A model generated the notes under the pieces. That model was not told the DNA's origin, made no database searches, and was given only the letters and a program-made list of their open reading frames with translations. A DNA stretch of 64,000 nt, taken from a virus. Shown here piece by piece: positions 40,163-48,603 of this stretch (its first letter is position 1; each line of letters starts with the position of its first letter). The position numbers and the translations under genes were made by a program. The stretch covers positions 7,165 to 71,164 of IMG/VR virus record IMGVR_UViG_3300003177_000017; one strand, given 5' to 3'.

Positions 40163-40449
40163 GCTGGATCTAAATCCTTATATGTTATAATGAGATTTCC
40201 TTTAGTCCAAAGAGAAACAAAACCCATGATGACATCTCTTTTATCTAGTGGAGATATAATTATATCAACAGCCGCAAAAAATATAACAATTATACTAAAT
40301 ATATAACTTAACGGGTTCCACGGATTTAGATGTATGTTATACTCAGATTTTGTTACATCATAATATCCAACAATTATTTTTAAATAATGTAAACATTTAC
40401 CTAATTTACTTAATTTGTATCGGTATTCCAATTGTGTTCTTGTTCTCAT
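40159..40449 (-). CDS. Hypothetical membrane protein
   Basis: LNPWNPLSY followed by TM segment. Confidence 0.55.
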   Translation of the reverse strand: MRTRTQLEYRYKLSKLGKCLHYLKIIVGYYDVTKSEYNIHLNPWNPLSYIFSIIVIFFAAVDIIISPLDKRDVIMGFVSLWTKGNLIITYKDLDPA

Positions 40450-40646
40450 ACATCCCCCTTGTAATATCTTAGTGCATTTAATAAAATAGAAATTCTTTCA
40501 ATATTATAAGTATCAATACATGATGTAATTTCATCACTGAATACATAGAAATCTACATCTTTAGCTATATCATTAAAATCATTAAAATCTATAATATCTA
40601 ATTTATTAATATCATCATATAATTCTTTAATTTCTTTTGGTATCAT
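40446..40646 (-). CDS. Hypothetical protein
   Basis: 66-aa ORF with RBS. Confidence 0.5.
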   Translation of the reverse strand: MIPKEIKELYDDINKLDIIDFNDFNDIAKDVDFYVFSDEITSCIDTYNIERISILLNALRYYKGDV

Positions 40647-40656
40647 TAGAATCCTT

Positions 40657-40675
40657 ATAGGGCATTGCGCCCTAT
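40657..40675 (-). terminator. Hairpin downstream of gp32 (terminator or mRNA stabiliser)
   Basis: atagggc-attgc-gccctat; weak U-tract. Confidence 0.45.
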
Positions 40676-40688
40676 TAAATTAGGTAGG

Positions 40689-41729
40689 TTAATCACTTAG
40701 GTCAATGCTAGAAAACACGTCTGTATCCGGAACAGATTGATTAGCAAAAGGATCTTCTTCAATGCTTAGTTGTGATTCTGGTTCTGTATTAGTAATATTT
40801 GCAAACACGTCTGTATCTAATTCTGGTTCTGTATTAGTAATATTTGCAAGCACGTCTGTATCTGTTTGTGGTTCTGATTGTGGTTCTGATTGTTTTTCTT
40901 TCTCAAAAGGATTAGCACCGGCTTTAGCAGCAACTTCAGGATTGAATTCTTCATCCATGATTTTAGCGACATATCGACCGCCCAACACCTTGATCATTTC
41001 TGCCTTTAATTCATCATACGATTTGTAATTTGATTCTGATTCAAATTCTGCTAAATCATACATAGAATTATATAATTTCTCTTGCACTTCTTGTCTACCA
41101 CCAGCTAACGGTGATACTTGTTCAAATTCAGAGCTATCATAACTAAGGCTAAAATCACCATTTTCTGATCTTATTCTAAAATTTGCCCCTTGATCCCAAT
41201 CAAAAAATTCTAATGGTTTCTGATCTTCAAATTTAGGAAACCATGCTGCTTCTAATTTTTTAAGAATTGCTGGACCAAATTGATATAACATCACTTTACC
41301 ATTATTTTCTGGGTTTGCTTTATCATCTAATACTACGATATTAGTGATGTATTTTTTCTGAACTTTACGTTTACGTGCCATTGCAGCTTCAGCACCATTT
41401 TTACGTTCAGCATCAGGAATTTTAGCCCAATGTGCTTTATTTAATTCTGATACTGGATCAGGCTTATTAATACTAGATAAATTTCTGTTCCAGTAACTAT
41501 TACTGCCGTTTTTGAAACTAAATTCAGTCCAAGCAACCCACGGTACTGTAGGTTGTCCATCTGCATCATATCGTGGTAAGAAACGGATCAATGATGTACC
41601 TATACCGCTATCAGTGCTATATCTATGTTTCCATTGTCTAGGATCACGCGTAGAACTACCATCATCTTGAATTTTTGTTTTCATTGCAGCGTTGTTTACT
41701 TTGTTTTTTTTAATATCAGCGAATGACAT
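40689..41729 (-). CDS. Single-stranded DNA-binding protein (T4 gp32-like)
   Basis: D.R.W, IRFLP, DPVSE.N, NI.V..D..NPENNGKV.LY.FG, GANF, YD.S.F; acidic tail. Confidence 0.93.
   Translation of the reverse strand: MSFADIKKNKVNNAAMKTKIQDDGSSTRDPRQWKHRYSTDSGIGTSLIRFLPRYDADGQPTVPWVAWTEFSFKNGSNSYWNRNLSSINKPDPVSELNKAHWAKIPDAERKNGAEAAMARKRKVQKKYITNIVVLDDKANPENNGKVMLYQFGPAILKKLEAAWFPKFEDQKPLEFFDWDQGANFRIRSENGDFSLSYDSSEFEQVSPLAGGRQEVQEKLYNSMYDLAEFESESNYKSYDELKAEMIKVLGGRYVAKIMDEEFNPEVAAKAGANPFEKEKQSEPQSEPQTDTDVLANITNTEPELDTDVFANITNTEPESQLSIEEDPFANQSVPDTDVFSSIDLSD
40775..40863. repeat. 45-nt tandem duplication in gp32 acidic tail
   Basis: DTDV(L/F)ANITNTEPE twice. Confidence 0.85.
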
Positions 41730-41738
41730 ATATTTTCC

Positions 41739-42335
41739 TTATTTATCTAAATATTTAGATAATATTTGTTGTAGTTTAGGGAAGTTGGCTCTCATAAAAT
41801 CTTGATATTTTACTATTTTTAGCCTAATTTTTGGGTATAAAAATGTGTCTGTTATTTCTTTGTCGAATTTTTCAATAATTCCTCCTGATGTTATTCTATT
41901 GATCGCACATACAGTATTTAATGCTATATGCCCTCCGTTTAATAATTGCAATACTATCGGTAAAGCATCTGATTTTGTGCCAAATAAAGCTTTTATTCCA
42001 TGTCCTAATCCCTGCATTTTCTTTAAATCTTGTTCAAAATTATAACACAAATTTTTCATCTGTGCTTTATGATCAGCATAACAACAATAAGTCATTGTAC
42101 TTGGATGATTATTTCCTTGCATCATATTAGCCATATAATACACAATTAAATCACCTTCGTAATATTTTTCAGCAAGTGCATAAAAGAACTTACAATCATA
42201 TCTTTCATCCAATTGTAGTTTAGTTCCTCTAATTCTTATTCCCTTTTTAAACAAGTTATAATTTTTTGAATTAAAATGGCTCTTTACTGCAATATAACAT
42301 TTAAACGCTTGTAATCCTGATACACCTGTGATCAT
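41739..42335 (-). CDS. Helicase loader (T4 gp59-like)
   Basis: Y.A.K.HF...Y..FK, R.D..F...L..KY, C-terminal KY..F; upstream of gp32. Confidence 0.82.
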   Translation of the reverse strand: MITGVSGLQAFKCYIAVKSHFNSKNYNLFKKGIRIRGTKLQLDERYDCKFFYALAEKYYEGDLIVYYMANMMQGNNHPSTMTYCCYADHKAQMKNLCYNFEQDLKKMQGLGHGIKALFGTKSDALPIVLQLLNGGHIALNTVCAINRITSGGIIEKFDKEITDTFLYPKIRLKIVKYQDFMRANFPKLQQILSKYLDK

Positions 42336-42532
42336 ACCGCCTCTTTAAATTTAACAAAACCATCACCATCTGATAAATTATTTGTTCTATCCAGAATAAC
42401 ATAATATTTATATTTCTGTAAAGTTATAGTGAAATATTCTCCTTGGTTAAGAAAATTTTTCATAGTTTTGAAAGCAACATCAACATCAATGAATTCTCTG
42501 TATACTAATCTACCATTTAATTTAACTTTCAT
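42332..42532 (-). CDS. Hypothetical protein
   Basis: 66-aa ORF downstream of promoter. Confidence 0.5.
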   Translation of the reverse strand: MKVKLNGRLVYREFIDVDVAFKTMKNFLNQGEYFTITLQKYKYYVILDRTNNLSDGDGFVKFKEAV

Positions 42533-42562
42533 AATGTTCTCGTTAATTATTTCAACATTTAT

Positions 42563-42591
42563 ATATTAAATATTATATTAATAAATGTCAA
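42563..42591 (-). promoter_or_regulatory. Sigma70-type promoter
   Basis: TTGACA-17 nt-TAATAT in intergenic space ahead of the gp59-gp32 unit. Confidence 0.6.
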
Positions 42592-42611
42592 CACTATTTT
42601 AATACTAAATA

Positions 42612-45173
42612 TTAAATAAATAATGGATCAAGAGTTGGTTTTGGTTCTATATCCCATCCTATAACGTCTGTAATGCCAGTTATAGGCTTAATAAATGTTT
42701 TATAATACATTGTATCATAATCTACTTTATTATCTAATTTGAACTCTTTTGGGAACACATCAACAAACCCTATAACATTTTGATTTAATCTGTTAGGTTC
42801 TTCAAGATAAATATATCGCATTTTATCGCCATTGTTAATAACTTCATAATCAGTCAGTGATAATTTTTTAAGTTCATTGTTATAGTTTATTGCTGCTCTG
42901 GAGTTAAATGGTACAGTAACATCGTGCCTAAATGATCCGTCCGGTCTACAATAACTTTCCTCTAGTTTATTTACTCCCTTTGGAGCTGCTATTTGATGTA
43001 CACTAAAAGTGTTGTATTCTTTATGAAAATCTTTTATATAATTTTGCAATTCTAACTCATTCTTGGTTAGAATTATTTTTACAGTTTCTGTCATGGCATT
43101 TCTACACACTTCTGGAGTTGATGATTTAACTAAATCTAATCCCATTATTTTTAAATACGGTTCTTTAATTGTATATCTAACCCCCTCCATATCTAGTACA
43201 TTAGCTGCATATCTTTTCTTTGCAACAAAGAATACATCACTAGCAATCATTTCTCTAGCCATAACCATTTTTTGCTGAAATGCTTTGGTATAATTCGCTA
43301 ATTCTTGATACCATTTATCAAACAAAGGCTCTAACTTAGATTTGCACCACCGATCAAGGTATTCCACTATTTCCATAGTTTCCATATTTTTACAATTCAA
43401 CTCTACAAACCTTTCCATAGAAAACATAGTCGAATCTGTATCAGTTGCATAAATATATCTAACATTATCAGTGCATAATAGTTCATTGAAATATGTATTC
43501 AATTTATTATTTATCCATTTAATTGATAGCTGTCCACTTGTTGTTATTGATTCTGCTAATCGAATATCAAATAAAGAAAAATGTACATTAGCTAATGCAC
43601 CATAAGCAGAATTAAGTGCTAATTTACGACACAATTGATTCCCGTCTTTTATTCTATATTGCTGCATCTCATGATCATATTCTTTTTGAGATTTACTTGT
43701 TATGATATTATCTTTAATTGATATAGCTTTTTGATGATGCGTCAGCATTTCCTTTTTTATCTTTTTCCTTTCATTATACAATTTTTCCATCAATCTAGGT
43801 AATAATCCCTGACTATCAGTTTTGAAGGTACAACCATTTGGAGTCACACATAAGTTATTAGGTATTGATATATCCTCGTTAGCTATCATTTTGTCTATAT
43901 TTATATCTAATTTTAATGTAGTAATTTTCTCAGGACTTATATTATATTGCATAATCAGATGTGGATAGAGAGAATTTAAATCACTCGACATAAGCCATTT
44001 ATGTTTACCTATTTTTGGATCTAATACAAATCCACCAGCAAAACTTTGCTGCTGCTGATCTTTTTTTGGCGGTGTGATAATATTATCATCTATAGTATTT
44101 TTATAAATAATATTTTCCCATAATCCTACTGGACTGGACACTTCACTGAAATTTATTCCAGCTAAATATCCTAAACTGAAAGTAACATCAAAGAATCCTA
44201 ATTTATCATCTAAACCTTTAACAATATATACATCAATAATATTATAAATTTGATACAAATTTGGATCTTTTTTGTTTAAAGTTTTTAGGTTAGAAGCAAC
44301 TGAGCTGTAATCTACTTTTTCCGATACTTGTTCAACGCCCCCTATAAATCCTAATTTATAACTCTCTCTAGGCTTAAATCTATTTTTCTTATATAAATTA
44401 ATATAATCTAGATCATTTACACCTAAAATATACACTTGTTGATATTCTTTATTAAAAGTATTGATTTTAGTTTTGATCTCGCATACATTCCACGGTGATA
44501 ATTTTTTAGGATCTAAACCAAGACGTGTTAATCGGTTAAACAAATAAGGAAAATCAAATCCGCTTGAATTCCATCCAGATACATTAACTGGGAAATTAGA
44601 TTGCCAAAACCCTAATAAACCTTTTAATAACTGGGTTTCATTTTTGAATTTTACGTGTTTAATATTTTGTATGTTGTATTTACTAAGAAGATCTGAGTTT
44701 TTATCGAAATCATATAAACTAAATAAATAATAACAATCTGTTATATTGTCATATATTGTTAAACAATCAACCTGCCATTCTGCTAACATAGGATCAGGAA
44801 ACCCCTTATCACTAGGACATTCAATATCTATAATAAATGTTCTTATTAATTTAGGGTTATATTCGTTATTCTTAAATTGCTCATGCAAAAAAGTTAAGTT
44901 AAAATTTCTATTTCCATAATAATCAATGCCGGTATCTTTAGCTTCAAATATTGCTTTATTTGCGTCTTTAATTGTGTCGAACTGTATTCTTTTAAGTTTA
45001 TCACCATGTAAAGATGTGTATTTAGATATGCTTTTAACTGTGTTTTTAACTGTGTTTACTGTTTTAATATATAATGATGGTTTATATTTCAACTTAGTTC
45101 TAATTTCTTTGTTATTATTTATATACCTAAGTAAAATATTATTTCCTCTTTTATGACAACTTAAATAAAACAT
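42612..45173 (-). CDS. Family B DNA polymerase (T4 gp43-like)
   Basis: Exo DIE, GWN..FD, YN..DV; Pol DLNSLYP, K...NS.YG, DTDS, KKRY; C-terminal clamp-binding-like TLD.LF. Confidence 0.97.
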   Translation of the reverse strand: MFYLSCHKRGNNILLRYINNNKEIRTKLKYKPSLYIKTVNTVKNTVKSISKYTSLHGDKLKRIQFDTIKDANKAIFEAKDTGIDYYGNRNFNLTFLHEQFKNNEYNPKLIRTFIIDIECPSDKGFPDPMLAEWQVDCLTIYDNITDCYYLFSLYDFDKNSDLLSKYNIQNIKHVKFKNETQLLKGLLGFWQSNFPVNVSGWNSSGFDFPYLFNRLTRLGLDPKKLSPWNVCEIKTKINTFNKEYQQVYILGVNDLDYINLYKKNRFKPRESYKLGFIGGVEQVSEKVDYSSVASNLKTLNKKDPNLYQIYNIIDVYIVKGLDDKLGFFDVTFSLGYLAGINFSEVSSPVGLWENIIYKNTIDDNIITPPKKDQQQQSFAGGFVLDPKIGKHKWLMSSDLNSLYPHLIMQYNISPEKITTLKLDINIDKMIANEDISIPNNLCVTPNGCTFKTDSQGLLPRLMEKLYNERKKIKKEMLTHHQKAISIKDNIITSKSQKEYDHEMQQYRIKDGNQLCRKLALNSAYGALANVHFSLFDIRLAESITTSGQLSIKWINNKLNTYFNELLCTDNVRYIYATDTDSTMFSMERFVELNCKNMETMEIVEYLDRWCKSKLEPLFDKWYQELANYTKAFQQKMVMAREMIASDVFFVAKKRYAANVLDMEGVRYTIKEPYLKIMGLDLVKSSTPEVCRNAMTETVKIILTKNELELQNYIKDFHKEYNTFSVHQIAAPKGVNKLEESYCRPDGSFRHDVTVPFNSRAAINYNNELKKLSLTDYEVINNGDKMRYIYLEEPNRLNQNVIGFVDVFPKEFKLDNKVDYDTMYYKTFIKPITGITDVIGWDIEPKPTLDPLFI

Positions 45174-45380
45174 TATTCTATTACTCCTGCTTTCTTAATT
45201 TCTATAATATCATCTGCTGAAAATCCACAGTTTTTTGAGTTTAATTATATCCTCAATGACTATTTTATTTTCAATGACAATAGGGTAAACCCCGAATTGT
45301 GTAGTTACTAGAACACCGTTTTCATCATATATATATATATATCACCTGTGTGTGTTGTACTTTAAATATTGTGGTTTCAT
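45173..45380 (-). pseudogene. Degraded small ORF containing (AT)8
   Basis: AGGAG-ATG at 45380; frame broken at dinucleotide and homopolymer runs. Confidence 0.4.
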
Positions 45381-45500
45381 AATTTCTCCTTTAACGTTAG
45401 TAAAGTTTACTAACCAGTCTGCTATTTTGCCTATCTTGTTGTTTCAACTTCTTTACTAATTGTAGTATAGACCAATAATCATTTAGTCTTTTGGTTTTCT

Positions 45501-45770
45501 CTAACATAATTGTTCATGTTGTTCTTGTTTTACTTCTTTAAGTAAACTTTCTACACTTAGAGCAAACCGTAGATACCCTTCTGATTCAATAGCTGATACA
45601 GTTAGATTATGTTTTTCCATATCTTCCTTCAAGTATTTAGCATCTTCTATCAGATCTAATAAAGAATACTCTAAATGTTCATACATATACTTGTATGTAT
45701 CTTCATCATTAATTAACTGCTGTGCTTTTGCATGTATTAACTGTTCTAATTCTTGTTGTAAATGTTTCAT
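45501..45770 (-). CDS. Hypothetical protein
   Basis: 89-aa ORF with RBS. Confidence 0.55.
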   Translation of the reverse strand: MKHLQQELEQLIHAKAQQLINDEDTYKYMYEHLEYSLLDLIEDAKYLKEDMEKHNLTVSAIESEGYLRFALSVESLLKEVKQEQHEQLC

Positions 45771-45955
45771 TTTAGTTCTCCTGTATACTGGCTAATTACT
45801 TTGTGTACTGAACAACTCGCCCAACACATGCTGTGTTTTCTTTGGTTAGCATTATGTTCGTCTACTAGTTTATTAACGGTTTCCGCATCTTGATAAACGC
45901 CCTCTATAGTAAATCCTTCATAATCTACGTGGTGTTTTAATATATAAACTTTCAT
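45767..45955 (-). CDS. Hypothetical protein
   Basis: MKVY...DYEG..I.GVY pattern common in small phage proteins. Confidence 0.55.
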   Translation of the reverse strand: MKVYILKHHVDYEGFTIEGVYQDAETVNKLVDEHNANQRKHSMCWASCSVHKVISQYTGELK

Positions 45956-45983
45956 GTTAGTTTTCCTTCAATTTAATAAATGG

Positions 45984-46178
45984 TTATAAATAACATTTGA
46001 GGCTATCACACCAGTTTTTACGCTCAAGCGCTCGTAAACGTCTAACTACGTTCCCTCGGGGGTCGTAGCGTTTAGCTCCTTTTGCTTTTCTATTATTATA
46101 AGCTGTCGAATCTTCTCTGTTTAACCGTGAATTATTAAACTGTATCCTAGTATTTGCTAAATTTCCTAAATAAGTCAT
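45984..46178 (-). CDS. Hypothetical basic protein
   Basis: 64-aa ORF. Confidence 0.45.
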   Translation of the reverse strand: MTYLGNLANTRIQFNNSRLNREDSTAYNNRKAKGAKRYDPRGNVVRRLRALERKNWCDSLKCYL

Positions 46179-46183
46179 TTTAT

Positions 46184-46393
46184 CTAATCACTAAACCATT
46201 CGTAATTATCTTTGAAAAACTTTTCTGCAACTAACCACATATCAGATGAGTCTTTATCATTTATAGCAATCATATCGCCCACTCTAGGACTACCATTTTT
46301 CTTATCTGATTCAGATATACTAATTGAACATGTTAATAACCCCTCTACCCAAGGTGTCATTTCTTGTAGATATTTCTTTTTATAAAATGCCAT
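46184..46393 (-). CDS. Conserved phage hypothetical protein
   Basis: NGSP..GDMIA.N.....D.WLVA..FF.DNYE. Confidence 0.65.
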   Translation of the reverse strand: MAFYKKKYLQEMTPWVEGLLTCSISISESDKKNGSPRVGDMIAINDKDSSDMWLVAEKFFKDNYEWFSD

Positions 46394-46560
46394 TTTATCT
46401 CCTAATTTATTTAATGAAGGTTATCGTGCTAGAGCCTTTTTAACTGCTGCGGTAACACCACGTTTATTTTGTTGCATTAACACATACTCTGCATCTTCTT
46501 GTGTTAATAGCGTAGTTCTTGTTTTATCTTTAAAAACAACTCTAAATATTTTCCTCTAAT

Positions 46561-46676
46561 ACTTACAATTTCATATTCTATAGTTAATTCCTAAATTACA
46601 CTTACATTTCAGGATTATAATTAATCCGTATTTTGTTAGAAATACGGATTAATTCCGCTTATTTACAGTGTTATAT
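46561..46676. repeat. ~115-bp dispersed repeat copy 1, ending in attC right half-site
   Basis: Matches 48072-48187; ends GCTTATT-tacagt-GTTATAT. Confidence 0.85.
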
Positions 46677-46847
46677 TGCCTTAATCGCGTTATCTAGCTT
46701 TTTGCCAAACCAGCCAATAAACATCAATATATTAGCTATTGCTAATCCTGCGAATATTAATGGGCTTAAAATAATCAAAATATGCCAATAAATAAACCCA
46801 TACTTAATGCACATTTTTTTATAGTGTTTCCATCTGTCTATTTTCAT
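46671..46847 (-). CDS. Cassette-borne membrane protein (58 aa; not in ORF track)
   Basis: MKIDRWKHYKK...KAI*; stop lies in the GTTATAT core site. Confidence 0.65.
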   Translation of the reverse strand: MKIDRWKHYKKMCIKYGFIYWHILIILSPLIFAGLAIANILMFIGWFGKKLDNAIKAI

Positions 46848-46879
46848 ATATCACCCATAAAATTTAGTGCCAAAGGCAA

Positions 46880-46954
46880 ATATAACAACAAATTACAAAG
46901 GAAAAATACTCGCTGCGCTTAAAGCGTATTTTCCTCTGAATTAAAAGGTTATGT
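46880..46954 (+). mobile_element. attC-like recombination site (complete, 75 bp)
   Basis: R'' ATATAAC-5 nt-L'' ATTACAAA...L' TCTGAAT-6 nt-R' GTTATGT; arms pair with extrahelical bases. Confidence 0.8.
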
Positions 46955-46970
46955 AGTTTTATCTTTCTTT

Positions 46971-47009
46971 GCGTATGCCGCGTAATACGCTTAATAATAA
47001 AGGTTAGTT
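46971..47009 (+). mobile_element. attC-like right-half remnant
   Basis: gcgtat/atacgc hairpin, GCTTAAT, then GTTAGTT at 47003. Confidence 0.55.
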
Positions 47010-47243
47010 TGTTTTACGCGCTAATCTTGTGTCTATAAATAAATCAGAATTACTTGCTATTTTTGCCAGAAATCGCGGAACCCTTATCCATATGTATGGT
47101 AGTAACATATAGTTAAAACGGATGGCACTTTTTCCTGTTTCAGTGATTCGTGTAAAACATAAACTAACAACTGGCTCAAGCGGATTGTTTACAGTCGGTT
47201 GTTTTGTCATGCGTTCTAAACAAGCTTTGTAATTTGTTGTCAT
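47004..47243 (-). CDS. Cassette-borne hypothetical protein starting inside an attC site
   Basis: GGAG RBS and ATG inside 47162-47291; stop within core site at 47003. Confidence 0.6.
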   Translation of the reverse strand: MTTNYKACLERMTKQPTVNNPLEPVVSLCFTRITETGKSAIRFNYMLLPYIWIRVPRFLAKIASNSDLFIDTRLARKTN

Positions 47244-47291
47244 TATATTTTTCTCCGTTATTTCGTGGCAACGTTAGCCTAAAGGTTAGTT
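47162..47291 (+). mobile_element. attC-like site (130 bp, partly degenerate)
   Basis: R'' AACTAAC-aactg-L'' GCTCAAGC...L' CGTTAGC-ctaaag-R' GTTAGTT. Confidence 0.72.
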
Positions 47292-47453
47292 TGCTAAACC
47301 AAGCTTAGCGGCACAGCCAAGCAAACCCACTTCAAACAACTCTGGCTTATTGTTAAACCAGTTAGTTAAAGTCTGTAATCTCTGCCCTGTTAACTCGCTA
47401 ACTTGAGTTAGTGATTTTAATCCTAACTCTTTAGCTTGTTTGCTTGCTGTCAT
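47286..47453 (-). CDS. Small HTH DNA-binding protein
   Basis: MTASKQAKELGLKSLTQVSELTGQRLQTLTNWF; stop in core site at 47285. Confidence 0.7.
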   Translation of the reverse strand: MTASKQAKELGLKSLTQVSELTGQRLQTLTNWFNNKPELFEVGLLGCAAKLGLAN

Positions 47454-47457
47454 AATT

Positions 47458-47706
47458 TTACTCGCTACAGTATTCAACACGAACAAAATCACCACCCAAA
47501 TCAGAGGCAATAAAGTAGCCCGTACTTGTATACGGAGCCGTTATTCCGTTAGCAATTTCTTGTACACAAACACCAACAAAGCCTTTTACCTCTAAACAGT
47601 CAAGAAAATTAACAGAACTATCTGTGTTGAACATTTCAATGATTGAAGCCTTGATGGATTCTTTGACAGTTAAGCCTTTTATGATGGATACATTTAATAC
47701 TTTCAT
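47458..47706 (-). CDS. Hypothetical protein
   Basis: Likely start MKVLN at 47706, downstream of promoter. Confidence 0.55.
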   Translation of the reverse strand: MKVLNVSIIKGLTVKESIKASIIEMFNTDSSVNFLDCLEVKGFVGVCVQEIANGITAPYTSTGYFIASDLGGDFVRVEYCSE

Positions 47707-47759
47707 AATAATAATCTCTATATTTAATGTCGGCACTTATGTTTCGACTTGATGAAACT

Positions 47760-47787
47760 ATTATACCGAACTATTTAAAGAATACAA
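47760..47787 (-). promoter_or_regulatory. Sigma70-type promoter inside cassette
   Basis: TTGTAT-16 nt-TATAAT. Confidence 0.65.
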
Positions 47788-47814
47788 CAGTTATTTTAAA
47801 TTAATTTAGTAGTA

Positions 47815-47874
47815 ACATAACAAGGCAATTCAATCGGACTAACTACGCTTGCTGTTTAAATTTAAAGGTTAGGC
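47815..47874 (+). mobile_element. attC-like site (60 bp, probably internally deleted or chimeric)
   Basis: R'' ACATAAC-aaggc-AATTCAATCGGAC...ttaaag-R' GTTAGGC; L boxes pair poorly. Confidence 0.62.
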
Positions 47875-48071
47875 GGTTAATCTATTTCACCCCGTACTTT
47901 GTGTATATATATATATATATCTGTCGCTGTTAATAACGTACCTGCTTATACATCATTATTAATTATAATGTGAATTACTGGCTTGCTAACTATACCAAAT
48001 TGATCACATGCGTAATTTTCTATAGCCTCAAACATTTGTTCTTGGGTTAATATCATTTCTTTATCTCCAAT

Positions 48072-48187
48072 AGTTACAATTTCATATTTTAGTGTTAATT
48101 CCTAAATTACACTTACTTTTCAGGATTACACTTAACCTGTATTTCTGTTGAAACACGGAATAATTCTATTGATTAACAGTGTTAGTT
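48072..48187. repeat. ~115-bp dispersed repeat copy 2, ending in attC right half-site
   Basis: Matches 46561-46676; ends ATTGATT-aacagt-GTTAGTT. Confidence 0.85.
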
Positions 48188-48361
48188 CGCAAAACCTAAC
48201 ATCAAACCCATAGGTAATATCACTATTTTTATTGCTGTATTTTTTCCATTTGTAAATGTGCCTACATGTAATAGGTAAGTATCTTCACCTTTACTCCATA
48301 ATAGAGATTTTGCGAAATTGAGTATTATTACAAATCTCCAAAAACTTAAATTAATTTTCAT
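48182..48361 (-). CDS. Hypothetical protein (59 aa; not in ORF track)
   Basis: MKINLSFWRF...GFAN*; stop in core site at 48181. Confidence 0.55.
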   Translation of the reverse strand: MKINLSFWRFVIILNFAKSLLWSKGEDTYLLHVGTFTNGKNTAIKIVILPMGLMLGFAN

Positions 48362-48603
48362 CCCTTATACTCTTATTAAATGCAGTGTCTTCCATGTGTT
48401 TCATTACGTACTCAAATGTTAATTCTGCCATAGTCCTACTCCAGCATTCATAACCATTTTTCATCACTTTAATAGCAGCAGGACTTTGTTCATCATCCCA
48501 CTCATTCGGATCATCTGTAAACACAATTTACGCATCTGTGTTTCTAAATCATAATCCATAACATTTCCTCAATTTTGGTAATTTGTTATTTGTTAAATAA
48601 ATT

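Noticed and set aside
30313-45173. Introns, inteins or homing endonucleases in thyA, ligase, polymerase
   Set aside because: Motifs are contiguous and lengths ordinary; no HNH, GIY-YIG or LAGLIDADG ORF recognised.
48194-48200. ACCTAAC as R'' of an empty cassette
   Set aside because: Lies inside ORF 48182-48361 and is not followed by pairing L boxes.
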